Part shown: piece after piece, positions 11,197 through 24,465 of the stretch
How the letters are laid out: each line of letters starts with the position of its first letter
How positions within the stretch are numbered: position 1 is the stretch's first letter
Source: Perkinsus chesapeaki ATCC PRA-425
Taxonomy: Eukaryota > Protista > Perkinsozoa
Direction of reading: 5' to 3'
Assembly: GCA_013115145.1 (NCBI GenBank)
Contig: JAAPAO010000116.1
Coordinates: 7,823 to 71,822 of the forward strand
Length of the DNA stretch: 64,000 nucleotides
Notes under the pieces: model-generated
The model's input: the letters and a program-made list of their open reading frames with translations, nothing else
Told to the model about the DNA's origin: nothing
Database searches by the model: none
Program-made: the position numbers and the translations under genes

Positions 11197-12406
11197 TCAG
11201 TAGAGGGTCCGGCCCGACTTGGCTCGCGAAAGCAGTGCATAAAGTAGAGAAGACTTATCCCAAGGGAAGAGATCTTGTGACAAGCCGCCACCACCTTCCA
11301 GCATTATGCCGCGCAACTTGTACTGCCGCGCCAACGCTATCTTATCAACGAGACGGGTCTGGGAGAAGAAGTAATAGCCACCCTGTGTAGTTTTGTTGAA
11401 TATAACTGATCCATTGCCCTTGGGGTCAGCGTTGTAATCGTAAACCATAAGAGAGTATCCGGTATCCGAAGAGAAATACGTGGCTCTAGCGAGAAGGGGT
11501 ACCTGAAGAGTCGGACGAAAAATGACCCTGAAGCAGAATTACTGTAGTTGAACTATATTGTAAGTTGACATACAAGTTGATCAGTAAACATATACACTCA
11601 GACAATTCTTCACCTGTAAAATAATGCTTCCAGGTTTTGCTCCAGCGATGGTAGCATTCTTGATTGCTTTTTTGGCGTAGGTGTCCGTGTTGAATACCGG
11701 GGTCTGGTCATCGTATCTGGGCCGTAGCGCAACGAAGTTGAGGTCAGCGATCCTAGCGAGGCCACTATTGTTCACCACTTGCCAATCGTCGCATCCGAAA
11801 CTGAAACCACACGATCGTTATGCAGTGAGCAGCGCCATTTGAAGTGCAAGGGTATCTCTGGTTGAAGACTCAATGACACTGAGCAAGCGCTCACCTTAAT
11901 GCAGATATCAAGTTCAATTTCCTCAAAGCCGGGAAGACCTTCTTCAAACATCTCAACTGGGTCTCAGTTAGCAGGGGACCAAACGCGAAGCCGGTGACGT
12001 TATACTTCTTCAGAAAACTCCGAGCACTCCCCATGAAAATGGTCTCGTCAAAGAGTTCAGTATCAGAAATCTCTAGCCAGGCCAGAATAGACCCACGTTT
12101 GCCTTTCACCTTCTGAGACAAGCTAGAGAAAGCCTTCTCCTTCCAGGGCGGATCGAAGGGGAAATCTTGTATGATTCTACTATCATTCAATGCATATCCA
12201 CCAAGCATAAAGCTTCGGCCTCCAATGTCCAATATCCTGTTGAAATAGGACTCCCAGGTATAGTCCGGGTTCTCTGGGCACAACGTGCTGTTTGTGCAGA
12301 ATGGGGCCTCCTTAATGACCCAGGGACTGTCAACACCTTTGTACACTTCCAAATGGCTAGCAGCCGCGAATATACTGACGGAGAGGATGTACGCACTCAT
12401 CAGCAT
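11197..12406 (-). CDS. Secreted GH18 chitinase-like protein, copy A, catalytic motif absent, spliced
   Basis: Signal-like MLMSAYILSVSIFAAAS. GH18 barrel-like motifs: AGAKPGSIILQ|VPLLAR and VDKIALARQYKLRGIMLE...DL. The position expected for DxxDxDxE reads KKYNVTGFAFGP. Confidence 0.65.
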
Positions 12407-12986
12407 TAGGAAGGGTCGCATTGGAGTGATGTGACAATTGTGCCGGGAACTCATCAGCCGGCATTGCTCTATAGCCAATATGCTATTCCCCTGCCGCGTA
12501 GAGGCAACATGCGCCATAATGGCGCACAAACTAAGCGTAACAACTTTGCTTCTGAGTCTCATCAAAACTGGGGGGAGTCACGGTATTTATAGCCATACCG
12601 TACTTTGAACCGTGAATCGTTTTTGAAACAGTTTTTAACTCAAGTCAATCAGTACTCCTCGGTCATTACTCTTTGTACGCGCGCTTATCGCCTGGTTTCG
12701 AAGTCACAAGGGCAAACTGTCTCCCTCGGCCCCGCGTTCCTCAACAGTATTCACCCGTTTCCTCTTTTCTGTACAATCCGATCACTCGTGAAAGAGATCT
12801 GTATCGTGTTCCCGAGCCCCTGTTCCTATAATGCTCGAAAAGACGAGCTAGAACTAGATTTTCCTTCCATACTTTTGTAGCGCCGGCGGCCTCGAGTGTT
12901 CCCCGCGGGCACTTCGCCATTCTCTCCCCGTCCGTTACCAAGTACTCGATGCTGAGCTGCACAGTGCTGACGATGTACAAGGTACT

Positions 12987-13236
12987 CCGACAGATCGATA
13001 TGATCGTTATATTCATCCCTACTTCATCATAAATGCTTATAATAACATTGTGTCTGATGATGCTCAACAGCTATAGTTTTTAGAAAGTGCTCTTGTGTCT
13101 TTAGAGACTATCAAGGTTATCAAAGATCTCCATTGAGGTTGAGTTGTTAAGAATGAAGGCTAGCCATGAAAACAGTCAGGCTACACCTTACCGCTACCAC
13201 CAAGGTGATGCCTTCTCCTGGAACCCTGATATATTC
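12987..13236 (+). repeat. Duplicate of the SCS-alpha stop codon and 3' flank (source 9708-9880 and 10033-~10118)
   Basis: About 173 nt with 2 mismatches versus 9708-9880. The source segment 9881-10032 is absent, then homology resumes at GCTAGCCATGAAAACAGTCAGG. Confidence 0.95.
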
Positions 13237-13653
13237 GAAGGAATTAACTGGAAAGTTATACTTGTGATATAAATCCATTGTCAAGAAGCGTGCGTTATAG
13301 ATGATATGTACTGTAGCTCTCCTATTCAGAGAGCTTTCAGACAGTTTTTACGTCTCCATTCTGGTCAAGCTGTCGGTGCGACCCACGTTTCTCCGCAGAG
13401 AACTAGCCCGACACTACAGATTAATTCACGGCACAGGGTTCACTAACCACTAACAGTTAATTGACAACACGTTACTGTCGGGAGCTAGATACTAGGCTTC
13501 TGACGCTAGTAGCTTACAAAAGGCATGCCTTTATCTTCCACTGAAAAAACTGGTGTAGTTGTCACATAATCATTATGTGCCACGTTTTGTGGCTCGCACT
13601 TGTTAGATACTCCATATTTATCAGAGAGAGGTCAAGCGCGGGCGCTCATGAGT

Positions 13654-14833
13654 TTAGCAATGCGTGGACTCTGAAGCTCTCCTGATGTTCGTTGCCAGTG
13701 CATAAAAAAGGGAAGACTTATCCCAATGGAAGAGATCTTGCGTGAAGCCGGCGCCACCTTCCAGCATGATGCCGCGCAGATTATACTGCTGCGCCAATGG
13801 TATCTTATCAACGAGACGGGTCTGGGAGAAAAAGTAATAGCCATCCTGTGTAGTTTTGTTGAATATAACTGATCCATTGCCCTTGGGGTCAGCGTTGTAG
13901 TCGTATACCATAGAAGAGTAACCTTCATCCGAAGGGAAATCCGAGCGTCTAGCGAGAAGGGGTACCTGAGAGTGAGACGCAAGATGCTCCAGGAGGGCAA
14001 CGACATTATTAGTTAATGCACAGCGTACACTCGGCACATCTTTTACCTGTACGATCATCCCTTCAGGTTTTGCTCCAGCACGGGTGGCGTTATTGATTGC
14101 TTCTCTTGTGTAGCTGTCTGTGTTGAATACGCGGGTCAGATCTTCATATCTGGGCCGCAGCGCAACGAAGTTGAGGTCGGCGATCCTCGCGAGACCACTG
14201 GCCTCTACCGCTTGCCAATCGTTGCACGAGAACCTGGGAACCACGACTAATAAAGCTAAGCCACTACGCGGAAGCAGAACTATGAGTAGGGCCGCAGAGA
14301 GTCCTCGACTACCAATTATATACTCACGCGAGTGCCGATGTTAAGTGCAATTTTCTCAAAGCCTCGAAGAACTTTTGCAAACTCTTCATCTCGATCTCAG
14401 CCAGAAAGGGGCCAAAAGAAAAGCCACTCACTGGATACTTGCTCACGAAGTCCTGAACGCTTTCCACGAAAATAGGCTCGTTGAAGTCCCTGGTGTCAAA
14501 TATCTCCAAACGGGCCAGAATTGACCCCCCTTTGGCTTTAACCTTTTCAGACAAGCGCAAGAAATCGGTCTCGTTCCAGGAGGTGGAAAAAAGTTGTAAA
14601 ATTCTGCTCTCGTCCAACGCATATCCGCCAAACACGAAGCTCTGGCCTCCCAAGTCTAACACCCTGTCAAAATAGGAACCCCAAGTATAGCCCGGATTGT
14701 CAGGACAAAGCTTTTTGTTTGAGCAAGACGGGGACTCTTTCATGACCCAGGGGCTGTAAACATCTTTGTAGAAATGCAAGTGGTTAGCCGTAGCCAGTCC
14801 ACCGACAGAGAGAATGTATGCAGTTGTCAGCAT
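13654..14833 (-). CDS. Secreted GH18 chitinase-like protein, copy B, catalytic motif absent, spliced
   Basis: Paralogue of copy A with the same layout. The catalytic-site position reads SKYPVSGFSFGP. C-terminus LVDKIPLAQQYNLRGIMLE. Confidence 0.65.
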
Positions 14834-16133
14834 TAGTAACGGCCGCGTCGGAGGATAGAGCACGTTGTGGCCGAAAGACTGGGAACTCATCAACAATCAG
14901 TCTTCTATAGCTAATATACTAGTCTCCCTCTCGCATGGGGGGGGGGGGTGCGCCATAATGGCACGAACTTGGCAAAAGATTAACCGACAATGTTGCTCCT
15001 GAGCCAAAGCGAAGGTGACACATGCTAGTTCTTATTATAAGTTGTGATTAAAGATTAGTTATCAGTTTTGGTAATTCAGCGTTCTTCCGGTAGTCCTCGC
15101 TGTACTTGTGCTCGTGGTGGCGCGCGGCCAAATCATAGAGCAAGCGATCTGTCTCCCTCGGCCAGGCGTTTCCCAACAGTAGTCCCCTGTTCTCATCTTT
15201 CTGCGCGATCCGCTCACCGTTCAAGGACAAGTGTATCGTGTTCTCGAGCCTCTGTGGCTTCCGTGCTCTATTTGAAGAACTAAAACGAGATTTCCCGTCC
15301 ATACTTTTGCAGCGCCGGTGGCTCCGAGTGTTCCTTGCGGGAGTTTTTTTCAATTCTCTCCCCATCCACGCCCAGATCTAACTCAACGGATCCGGCAGAA
15401 GTCGCGACAAAGTTTTTTGCCACTAGGCTCAGACGTTTATCTTGAGCTTATGCATACTAAATTATAACTCTTGGTAGTAACTCAACATTCAGGAAGTTCA
15501 AGTGAGAATTCCTATCTCACACAACAATCTTTTCAATCCATTTTTAAGTCAGCTATTATCAAACACTATCTACATCAAGTAAGAAAACAGATTACAGAGT
15601 TGGTGGTGGTGCAGGTGGTACATATCGCTGATTACACAACAACAACAGCGCCTGATGGGACTTCCCCCAAATTCTTGGGAAACATCCGAGGCAAACAACA
15701 ACAATGATGATGATATGTAGCGCACAGACGGCCGACACAGGCCCGTGAAATGCAGTATTCAGGGGCCTTTAATAGTAACTAGTAGTAGTCTATCATTAAG
15801 GCCAATCGCCATGTAAGGGAAAACACAAGATTAAAATATTCATCATGGTGGCTATATCGAGTGGTATATTCGACAGCACCATAAACAACAACAACGAAGG
15901 AAGAACGACTGAGCCTGATATCACCACAACTTCTAAACACCATCGGCAAATTTATACAAGGGAGCATGCGCTCATAAGATAGAATAGCATTAGCGATGCT
16001 ATAAGGGAGGAGGAGGGCTGCCACCATCAACAGACAGTCGCACTTATCATCATTAGCATGATCACCACACGGACTCGTTCGAAAGGTAGCACTACTACCC
16101 TACATCAGGGAGGAGGTGTCATGTTACAGGCAT

Positions 16134-18659
16134 TCAGAAGGGTCGAGCGTTATTAGTATTTCCAGCTGGATTTGGGGCATACAACTGACCAGCTCCCGCG
16201 CTAACTTGTCGTTGAACACCGGGAGGATTTGCAGCAGGCGCAGTATTGCCCATCATCATGGCTTGATAAGGATTAGGCATAGCTCGGACGCCTCCAGCCG
16301 CCGCCGCAGCAGCAGCAGCATTCATCATTTCAAAGGACTTCTGCGAAGAGCCAGCTACAGACATGTCGCCTGTCGCCGATGCTGCTGCTGGGACTGGTGG
16401 TGTGCGACTTTGGTACGCCAAGGGATCCATGGGGGCCCCATTCGGAAATGCAGGAGGCATGACGGCCATCGGCGGTGCAGTGAATGTAGCCGGAGGAGTT
16501 GCTGGGCGCTTGGGCACGGTATTGCCGAAGCCAACACGTACCGGTCTCGGCGGATGTCCCACAGGCCTGAAAGCGAACAACATTCCCCACGCAACTCGAG
16601 CCGCGATTTCTTACTTCGCATGAGCACGGCAAAGCGTTTCGATAGCATTGTCCAGACTCACACACTGTACAATCGCCATGTGATGCTGCTCGTTGAGGAA
16701 ACGGATACCAGTGTACTGGCAACCTGACGCATCCAACAACTGACGGAGATCCTAAAACAAGAGCAGTGCTGCTTCCAGATCCTCGAACTTCAGCGAAGAA
16801 GAGCCTACCTCTTCTGTGGTTCCATGAGGCATATTAGAAAAATACAAACTGGAGCTCGGAGGGAACGGCCGACTCGTTTGATCGGGGCGGTGACGAGCGT
16901 ACAGGTAACTTTGGCTGGTATAGTCTCGGCTAAGTCGATCGGCTTCAGTCTGTTCAGCTCCTAAAAACACCAGCGATCATCACCAGCGCCGGCCGCAACG
17001 ACCGTCTCACCTGGTGGAGGGATCGGCGGCAACTCACGGCCACCTTTACTCATCTCCATAGTCAACTTGTTACCGTGCAGTCGGATGCCCTTCAAATGGG
17101 CAATAGCGGTATGGCACTCTCCAACGGTTTGCATTTGCACCTGAAATAAAATATAAAACATCATCTTCCACATATTCTCGATTTTTCTACCAAAGCACTG
17201 TTCCTCGCTTTATACATGATCTTAACCTTTACGACGTTACCGTAAACCGCGAAGAGCGCCGCAAGGTCATCCGGGGTGGTATCATTCTCATTCAAACCGA
17301 GAACAAAAACAACCGGTGTGGCGGCGACTGAATGAAACCAACACAAATGACATCGGTCAATTTACGTTTATATTTTCTTACCTCCATTGACACCGCGTTG
17401 CTGAGGACCGAGTAAACCAGATCCCGCCATTGCACCAGGAGGGCCACCTGACCGGAGAAGGAAATGAGCAATTACCAAGTTGAGCGCCTCTTACTTGGCA
17501 GGCTTGGATTGGTGTAGTCCCAAGAACGTTCATTGTTGTATTTAACCTCTAATTTGTTTAACTCGGAGAACTGCACGCGTATGGTGTTGCAGTGCGTGAA
17601 GATGTTCTGCCCGTCCAACTGGCTTTTGGCGGCCACTGAAAAATGAAAAACTGATAAAACGGCAACCCAGTGACGACCTACCGGCCGACTCGAGAGTGCT
17701 CATCTGGATGAGACAATGAGTGGCATTGCCGCGAGTGAAAATGACAACCTTCTCCAAAGCATTGTAGCGACTCATCACCTGACGCCGAGGTAGAATAATA
17801 CCACGGATGCGCATCTGTCTACTAACCTGTGCAATCATGGACACGTTCACAGGATAGACCACATTGGTGATGGTGAACAAAAGGATGCGGTTCGGCGGGT
17901 GAAGATCGGGGTACTAATGGCAAAATAGGATAGCGAAATTACTACCACATCGTCCTTACTCTTCTGCCGGTGATCTCGGTAAAGCGAGATATCGCGAAGT
18001 CCAAGCGCTGGCCGTCGATGGTTAGGGGATTGGCGCTGTAGTAGGCGTGACATCGACGAGCCTCGGTCTCGTTCTCAAACTCGATGAATCCATGTCTCTT
18101 GTCACGAAGAATCAGTATATTCGTAACTCGACCGAAGGACTGGCAGTAGGCGACGAGATTCTGCTCGCTGAGGGACATGGGGATATTGCGGACATAGAGC
18201 ACCTGACGAGATTGCCGCATCCAACGAAAACTAAACATATTCGAAATGCACCTTGCTGTTCCCGTGAGATGCCGCGGATGAAGCCGGGGAGGAGGCAACT
18301 TGGTAACCCATGGAGCCATTCGACTGAAAAGATGCCACTCTGAAAAACACACATCGATCAAAGCTTACCGGCAAGGACGCAGCGGCCATAGTGGGCGTGG
18401 CAGTGGTGTTGACGGTCGCATTGCCCGGAGTAGAGTTCGGCACAGTAGTGCTGTGCGGGGAGAAGTCAGCACCTGATCCTACCACCTGCTGCTGGTAGGC
18501 CTTCTGGTCATTCGCAGGCGACGAGGTCCCCGTCGCTATACTAGCGGGAACACCTCCCGCCGCAGATGGCCCAACCTTGGCTTGCTGCTGCTGCTGATCC
18601 GGAGACACAGTCGGGGTTGTGGTTGAGGATGATGATTGGTTATCAATGTTTGCAGACAT
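16134..18659 (-). CDS. Polypyrimidine-tract-binding protein / hnRNP-L family, 4 RRMs, paralogue 1
   Basis: RRM1 VLYVRNIP...HGFIEF. RRM2 [13 protein letters not shown]...LDGQNIF...[14 protein letters not shown]3 VFVLGLNE...[17 protein letters not shown]4 [11 protein letters not shown] at 16134. Confidence 0.9.
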
Positions 18660-21079
18660 GAATATATAGTATGGTAAATGTAGTCAAATAGACAATAACG
18701 GACTTGTTGATGTTCTTGTGGTTGGTAGAGTATAACTACTTCTTGATGAGGAGGAACTGGTACAAGTTACTGTGCACAACGGTAAAGCGTAAAGTTAGTC
18801 GCAAAAAAATAAACAGCAGTTGTGACAGTGAATTCTGTTTGAAAAAAAACAATGACTCGATTCGAAGGCGCTTCTTCTTAGTAGTAGCGGCGATGACGAG
18901 GAGGAGGCAGACAAGAGTTTAGAGAAAGGAACCCAAACAGTCTGAAAAACGAATAACTGCTGCTGCTGCTGCCGCCGCCCAAAACCGACGACCCCCTGTT
19001 GCCACTAGCGCGGAGATTTGCCTTAGCTAAGAAAGAAAGCCTCGAAAAAAGGGGGCATCACACTCAACCGTATAAAGACAACGAACGAATCGGCAGCAGC
19101 AATCGGAAGGAAATGCCAACGACCGCCCATCAAAGAGCGCGAACCTGAGATGTAAGTTACCAAAAGGAAGCCTACTACTAGAACTACCAACTTTTTCTAG
19201 CACAACGGGGACAGAATGGCCAGGCGCAACACAATCGGTGGTTGAAACAGATAGCACAGCGACGCTACTGCCGTTAGACAGTCCCACGCTAGTAAAAGAT
19301 ATCTTTTCAGCAGCACCACCGTAAATCGAATTGTCCTTGGGGGCGCAGGGTTGCGCTATTTTTTTGCCTGCACGCATGCGTCTGATGGGCAGATGTTTCT
19401 GCAGAGGTTAAATTCGGTAAACGCTCTTCGTACGCCACTTGTACTCTTTCCAACACACCATTCTTAAAAAGCTACTATCAAATTACACTTGCTGCTCGAA
19501 TGCTCCCTTCTGTCGCCTGCTCCGCCCGCGGTCGATACTGTTCGTTCATTAATATTTCACTATTACTCGAGCTTGCACTGAGGCCGAAAGAGTAACCCTA
19601 GAGCACCTATCACTGACCAGTGGTCAGTGACCACTTCGGCGGCAGTAAGGTAATTTACAATGGCAGATCATGCTACTTAACCCCTGATACTCTCATGCTT
19701 GACTGTCATATATCTCCTGCACAACGCAGCCAGGGACCGTTGTGTTCGAGAAGGAATGACTTAGACGTTTCTTTCTCCCTCGGCATTTGCCGAAATTCCC
19801 ACTAGAGCTAGGCACTTGCAGCACCTTCCACGAGGCTAGACCTAGCCTGAAATGCGCAACACTCGCTTTCCAGCGGAAAACATGTATCTTCAAGAGTCAT
19901 CCACGACTCGTAGAGTTCGGCTTGCAGCAACCAACGGAAGCAGCACTTTGAGTGCATCAACTGGGATCAACGAGTGCCTAGGCTGATCGATTAGCGTCTG
20001 AACATCAAGAATCAAGGTATCTGTGAATTAGAGCTAGGCTCAGCTTAGTATTAGGCTGCTGCCATTTCTCACACGATCATCATCATCACTAAACACTACC
20101 ATTTAGACCACCCCCTTTATTACATCCCTTTTCCCTCAACAATCGCTGTTCTATCAAACTAGCAACATCTCCACCATTCTGATCTGCCAATCTAATACTA
20201 CCAGAACCTCCTTCGCCAACATAACATCGAGGACAAGACACGTTCCGAAGCATGCGCTGTAAAGCCCAGAGGTCCGTAACATTATCCACTTTTCAGGAGT
20301 AAAGGCTGACCCGTCTCCAGTCAGCCGCTGCGCAATGTTGGGATATTATGGAGCCTTAGGCGACATCCTTTCCCTAATACAAAGAGATACAATGCCCCTC
20401 CTCCTTCTCCCCAGTATATGCTTTAATTAACATGACTCAACAAAAGGCTTATAACCAGGCAGGTCCACAGACGAACTGGAGGAGATCAATTCGCCGCCAT
20501 CATCATCAAAGTCTCACACTGGGTTGCCTCAAAATATCCTTACATCCTTCACAGCAGCATACTATAACTATTATTATTATTACCGCCGCCACCGCGACAT
20601 TACAGAGCTTGCCGAACTCCACAATAAACCTTGCAAAGGCTAACATCAGGCAAGGGCAACGATATAATAGTGAAAACTAACCGTAACACCACCGCCGCTG
20701 CAGCAGCCGCAGCAGCAGCAGGAGTAGAGAAAACGCTGGTAGAGAGAGTCTGACTGTAAATTCGTGCACTAACGAAGACACGCTAAAGAAGGTATCATAG
20801 CTCCAAGCATGCATTTGTTAGCGCTAATACCTCATGTCAGAGTAAGAGAACGTCTTATTTTAACCGGCACCAAAATTAAATTCTCAACTGTCCTCATACA
20901 GCGGTATAGATATCATAACTGGTACCAGCTGTTATCGTCTTTTAATAATAAGATACTCTATGCGCGCCTTCTGTAACAAAGCGCTTATCACCATGTGACG
21001 TCTACAAATAATAAGGCAGCAAATAATGACCGATAGAGACAATATATAAAAATAACACCAGTACGGCGGCTGCCACCAG

Positions 21080-23904
21080 TTAGAAGTTCTGATTCCCTCC
21101 TGCTTGCTGTTGCCTAACGCTGGCGAGCAGCATCTCCGGCCCTACGCCACCCGAAGCCTGCTGCATATTGTGCTGAGAGTGAGATCTTCGACTGCCGCCG
21201 GGGCTCGGACCAGTCACACCATGGCCAAAGCCAATACGGCATGGTCTAGGAGGGTTACCAACCAACCTAATATCCAACTTACACATCATCATCTTCATCA
21301 CTCAACACTTACCTCCCGTGAGCCCGGCAGAGCGTGGTGATAGCATTATCAATTGTCAAGCACTGAACAATAGCGATGTGGTGCTGCTCGTCCAGAAATC
21401 GTATACTCGAGAACTCGCAGCCGACCGAACTCAGCACGTTGGCCAGATCCTGAGGGGCGTCATTTCCCAACACTTTGAATAATCCGCCGGCTACTTGATC
21501 GCTGCAGTTGTCCGGCATATTGGAAATGTGTAGACTGGTACTTGGCGCGTATGGTTTGGTCATCTTGTCTGCTCTATGGCGACCGTAAAGATTCCCTTGA
21601 GACGAATAGTCCTTGGTAAGCTGCTCGACTCCAGCGCGGTTTGAGGGTGTACCTGCTGCTGACCCCATCCCGACACCATCCCTGCTCCTCCTCCTCACTT
21701 GGCGGTATCGGTGGTATATTGCCTCCCTTGCTCATCTCCATGGTAAGTTGGCAACCAAACAGCCATACGTCTTGAAGATAGGATATAGCTGTCCGGCACT
21801 GCTGCATATCTTGCATTTGAACCTGTTTCGCACTATACAGATAGGAAACGCGACCGAGTGTTGAGAGGTCACGTGGAACGGATGGCAAGAAGATAAAGTC
21901 CTACTGATACGTGCCATAACAGCTGTGTGTTAAAAGGTCAAAAGCCTATACTATTATATATAATATATTATTAAGACTAATATCATTATATACGTCATCG
22001 ATATTGATACTCAAAGATGGTGGCCTCAGATATGATACCAGGTACTATTTATAACAGGGACGCTTCATCCCACCACCACCACTGCGACCACATTAGCCAC
22101 TCCCTTACCAGAGCCGTATGCCTTGCCTTGAACATGATCTTCACTCTAACTACATTCCCATACACTGCAAACAACGCAGCCAGGTCATCAGGTCTCGTCT
22201 CCTGTTCGTTTAAGCCGTGTACAATCACCACTGGTGCGGCCCCTGACCAACACCGCATTAGTAGCACCAACATGTCGCTACGGAACTACCCGCAGCGGTC
22301 GGTGTTCCAAAGCCAGCAGCTGTAGCCAAGCCCGCATTCCCTCCAGCGCTCATACTCGCCTGAAGAGCCGCGGCGGCAGCAGCCATGGCAGCCGAAGGAT
22401 TCTAAAAGAAGCAACGGTAATGGGCCATTTATTATATTATTATTAAGCGAAGCGTAGCAGGACCACGAGCAGTATTAAAGCTCGAATACGAACTGGCAAA
22501 GCGAAACTACAAAGAAAGATTTCCGCTTGCTCTTCCTCACGATGCTTGCCGAAAACGCTTGAAAACTATCCTATATTCGACGCGGTAAATTGATTCCAAA
22601 TTGGCCCGTTTAAAATAACAAACCATCTAAAACTAGCGCAATAAGCCCGAAGATGATCAGGCCTCTCATCGCTTCCTTACCTGCAGGTTAGCCTGGGATA
22701 AAGCATTCATCGCCTGTACGTAGTTAAAGTTGGCCATAAGGTTGGCAGGTGATTGTCCACCAGCCGCGCCGCTCAGCAATTGCTGTTGGTGCGACGGTGT
22801 CAGCGTGCTCGGACCGGGACCGGCTGAGTCGGAAAACTGTCCGACATGGCCAAGAGGACCCAACTCACATATCAAACTGGGGTTTGTGAAGTCCCAACTT
22901 CTTTCGTTGTTCTGTTTTACTTCCAGTTGAGGCAAGGAGGAATACTGTACCTTTATAGTGTTGCAACCAGCGTATATATTTTGCCCGTCTAACTGGGCCT
23001 TGGCGATATCTGACAATCGACAAACGACTGCGTTCTTTAGAATGCCACAAAGCCCCACTTGCGGTCTCCAGATCGGCCAGCTGCACCAAAGCCTGCACGG
23101 CATTGCCGCGATTGAATACAATCACCTTCTCGAGGCCACCGAATTTATTCATCACCTAGCAGTGAGGAGCTTCGGCTACTCGGCATCGAAGTCTCAACTA
23201 CTTGAGAAATGACGTCCACGGTCACCGGGTAAACGAGATTCGTTATTGTGAAGAGTAGTATATGATTGGGTGGGTTGGAGTCGGGGTCCTAAGAGCTCAA
23301 TAACGCCTGCTACAACGAGCCTTCGTCTATACCTTCCGTGCAGTTATCTCGCTCCTACCGGAATAGGCGAACTCCAATCTGTGACCGGTCACTAGAAGGG
23401 GGTTCGCATTGTAGTAGTTATGACACTTCACCGCCGAAGATTCGTCCTGACTTCCACAATCGATCGACGACGACCATGCGGGCCTCTGAACTCACCTCAA
23501 ACTCGACGAATCCATGTCTCTTGTCTCTGAGCAGTAAAATGTTAACCACTCTTCCGAAGGTAAGGCAGTAGGCGATGATATCTTGCTCGGTCACCGACTC
23601 AGGGATATTGCGAACATAAAGGACCTGCGGATGATGATGCGTCTGCGGTCTGAAAGGATTGAACTAATGACATGAAAGCTTACCTTGGATGGCTGGTGAG
23701 CAGGCTGGGATGGTGACGCACCGCCATCCTGAGAATGCAAATCACAGTGACCAGTGGCATCCTTAGGCTTACCCTATTGGGGCTCTGACCACCACCGTTG
23801 GCATCGAGCTCGTGCGTAATACTGCTAGTAGGCAACTGAGGCGGAGTGGATTTGGTAACATTCAATGGTTGTTGGTCATCTTCGGGTTGTTGTTTTTCAG
23901 ACAT
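21080..23904 (-). CDS. PTB/hnRNP-L family, 4 RRMs, paralogue 2
   Basis: Same four RRM signatures ([52 protein letters not shown]) and shared intron positions with paralogue 1. Confidence 0.9.
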
Positions 23905-24465
23905 GATTGCTTCACTTGTTCTTCTTTTGGTTATCAGACTGCACTTGGTACTTTATGGGAAATTAGAAATACCAAACAGATAACAATAAGTTAGTGGTAA
24001 GGAGGAGGAGGAGGAGTCCAACAAATGAAAGAAGGAAAAAGAGGAGCGTCTGAAAAGAAGGAAGCAAAAATCGAATTAACTTGGGCCGATGAAATTATCG
24101 TTCCTTAAAGACATCCAATCACCATCCAACCCTCACTTCTGCCGCCTATCGGTCGAAAGCCAGCCTGGCTTGATAGCGTTCAAGACCTGCGCGCGAAAGG
24201 TGAACGCGAACACTGCATTGTTATTAGCGCACGCCCTTCTAATCGATTTGGGCTTCGAGCGACATAGTTGTCACCGAAATGTTACTATAGATTATACTGC
24301 ATAGTGGTAGGAAGTTATCTTCAGGTCGAATAGGGTGGTATCTTAGGTTGAAGCTAGGATTGAGTGGAAGTATGCAATCTCTATTATAGTAACTTATAAC
24401 ATATAAAGGGGTCACCAGCGATGCAATTGCTGTGATATCATCCGATAGGACTATTCGGTGCAAAT

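Noticed and set aside
19400-20430. Short ORFs between the PTB paralogues as a further gene
   Set aside because: No recognisable motif and no consistent splice path was found.
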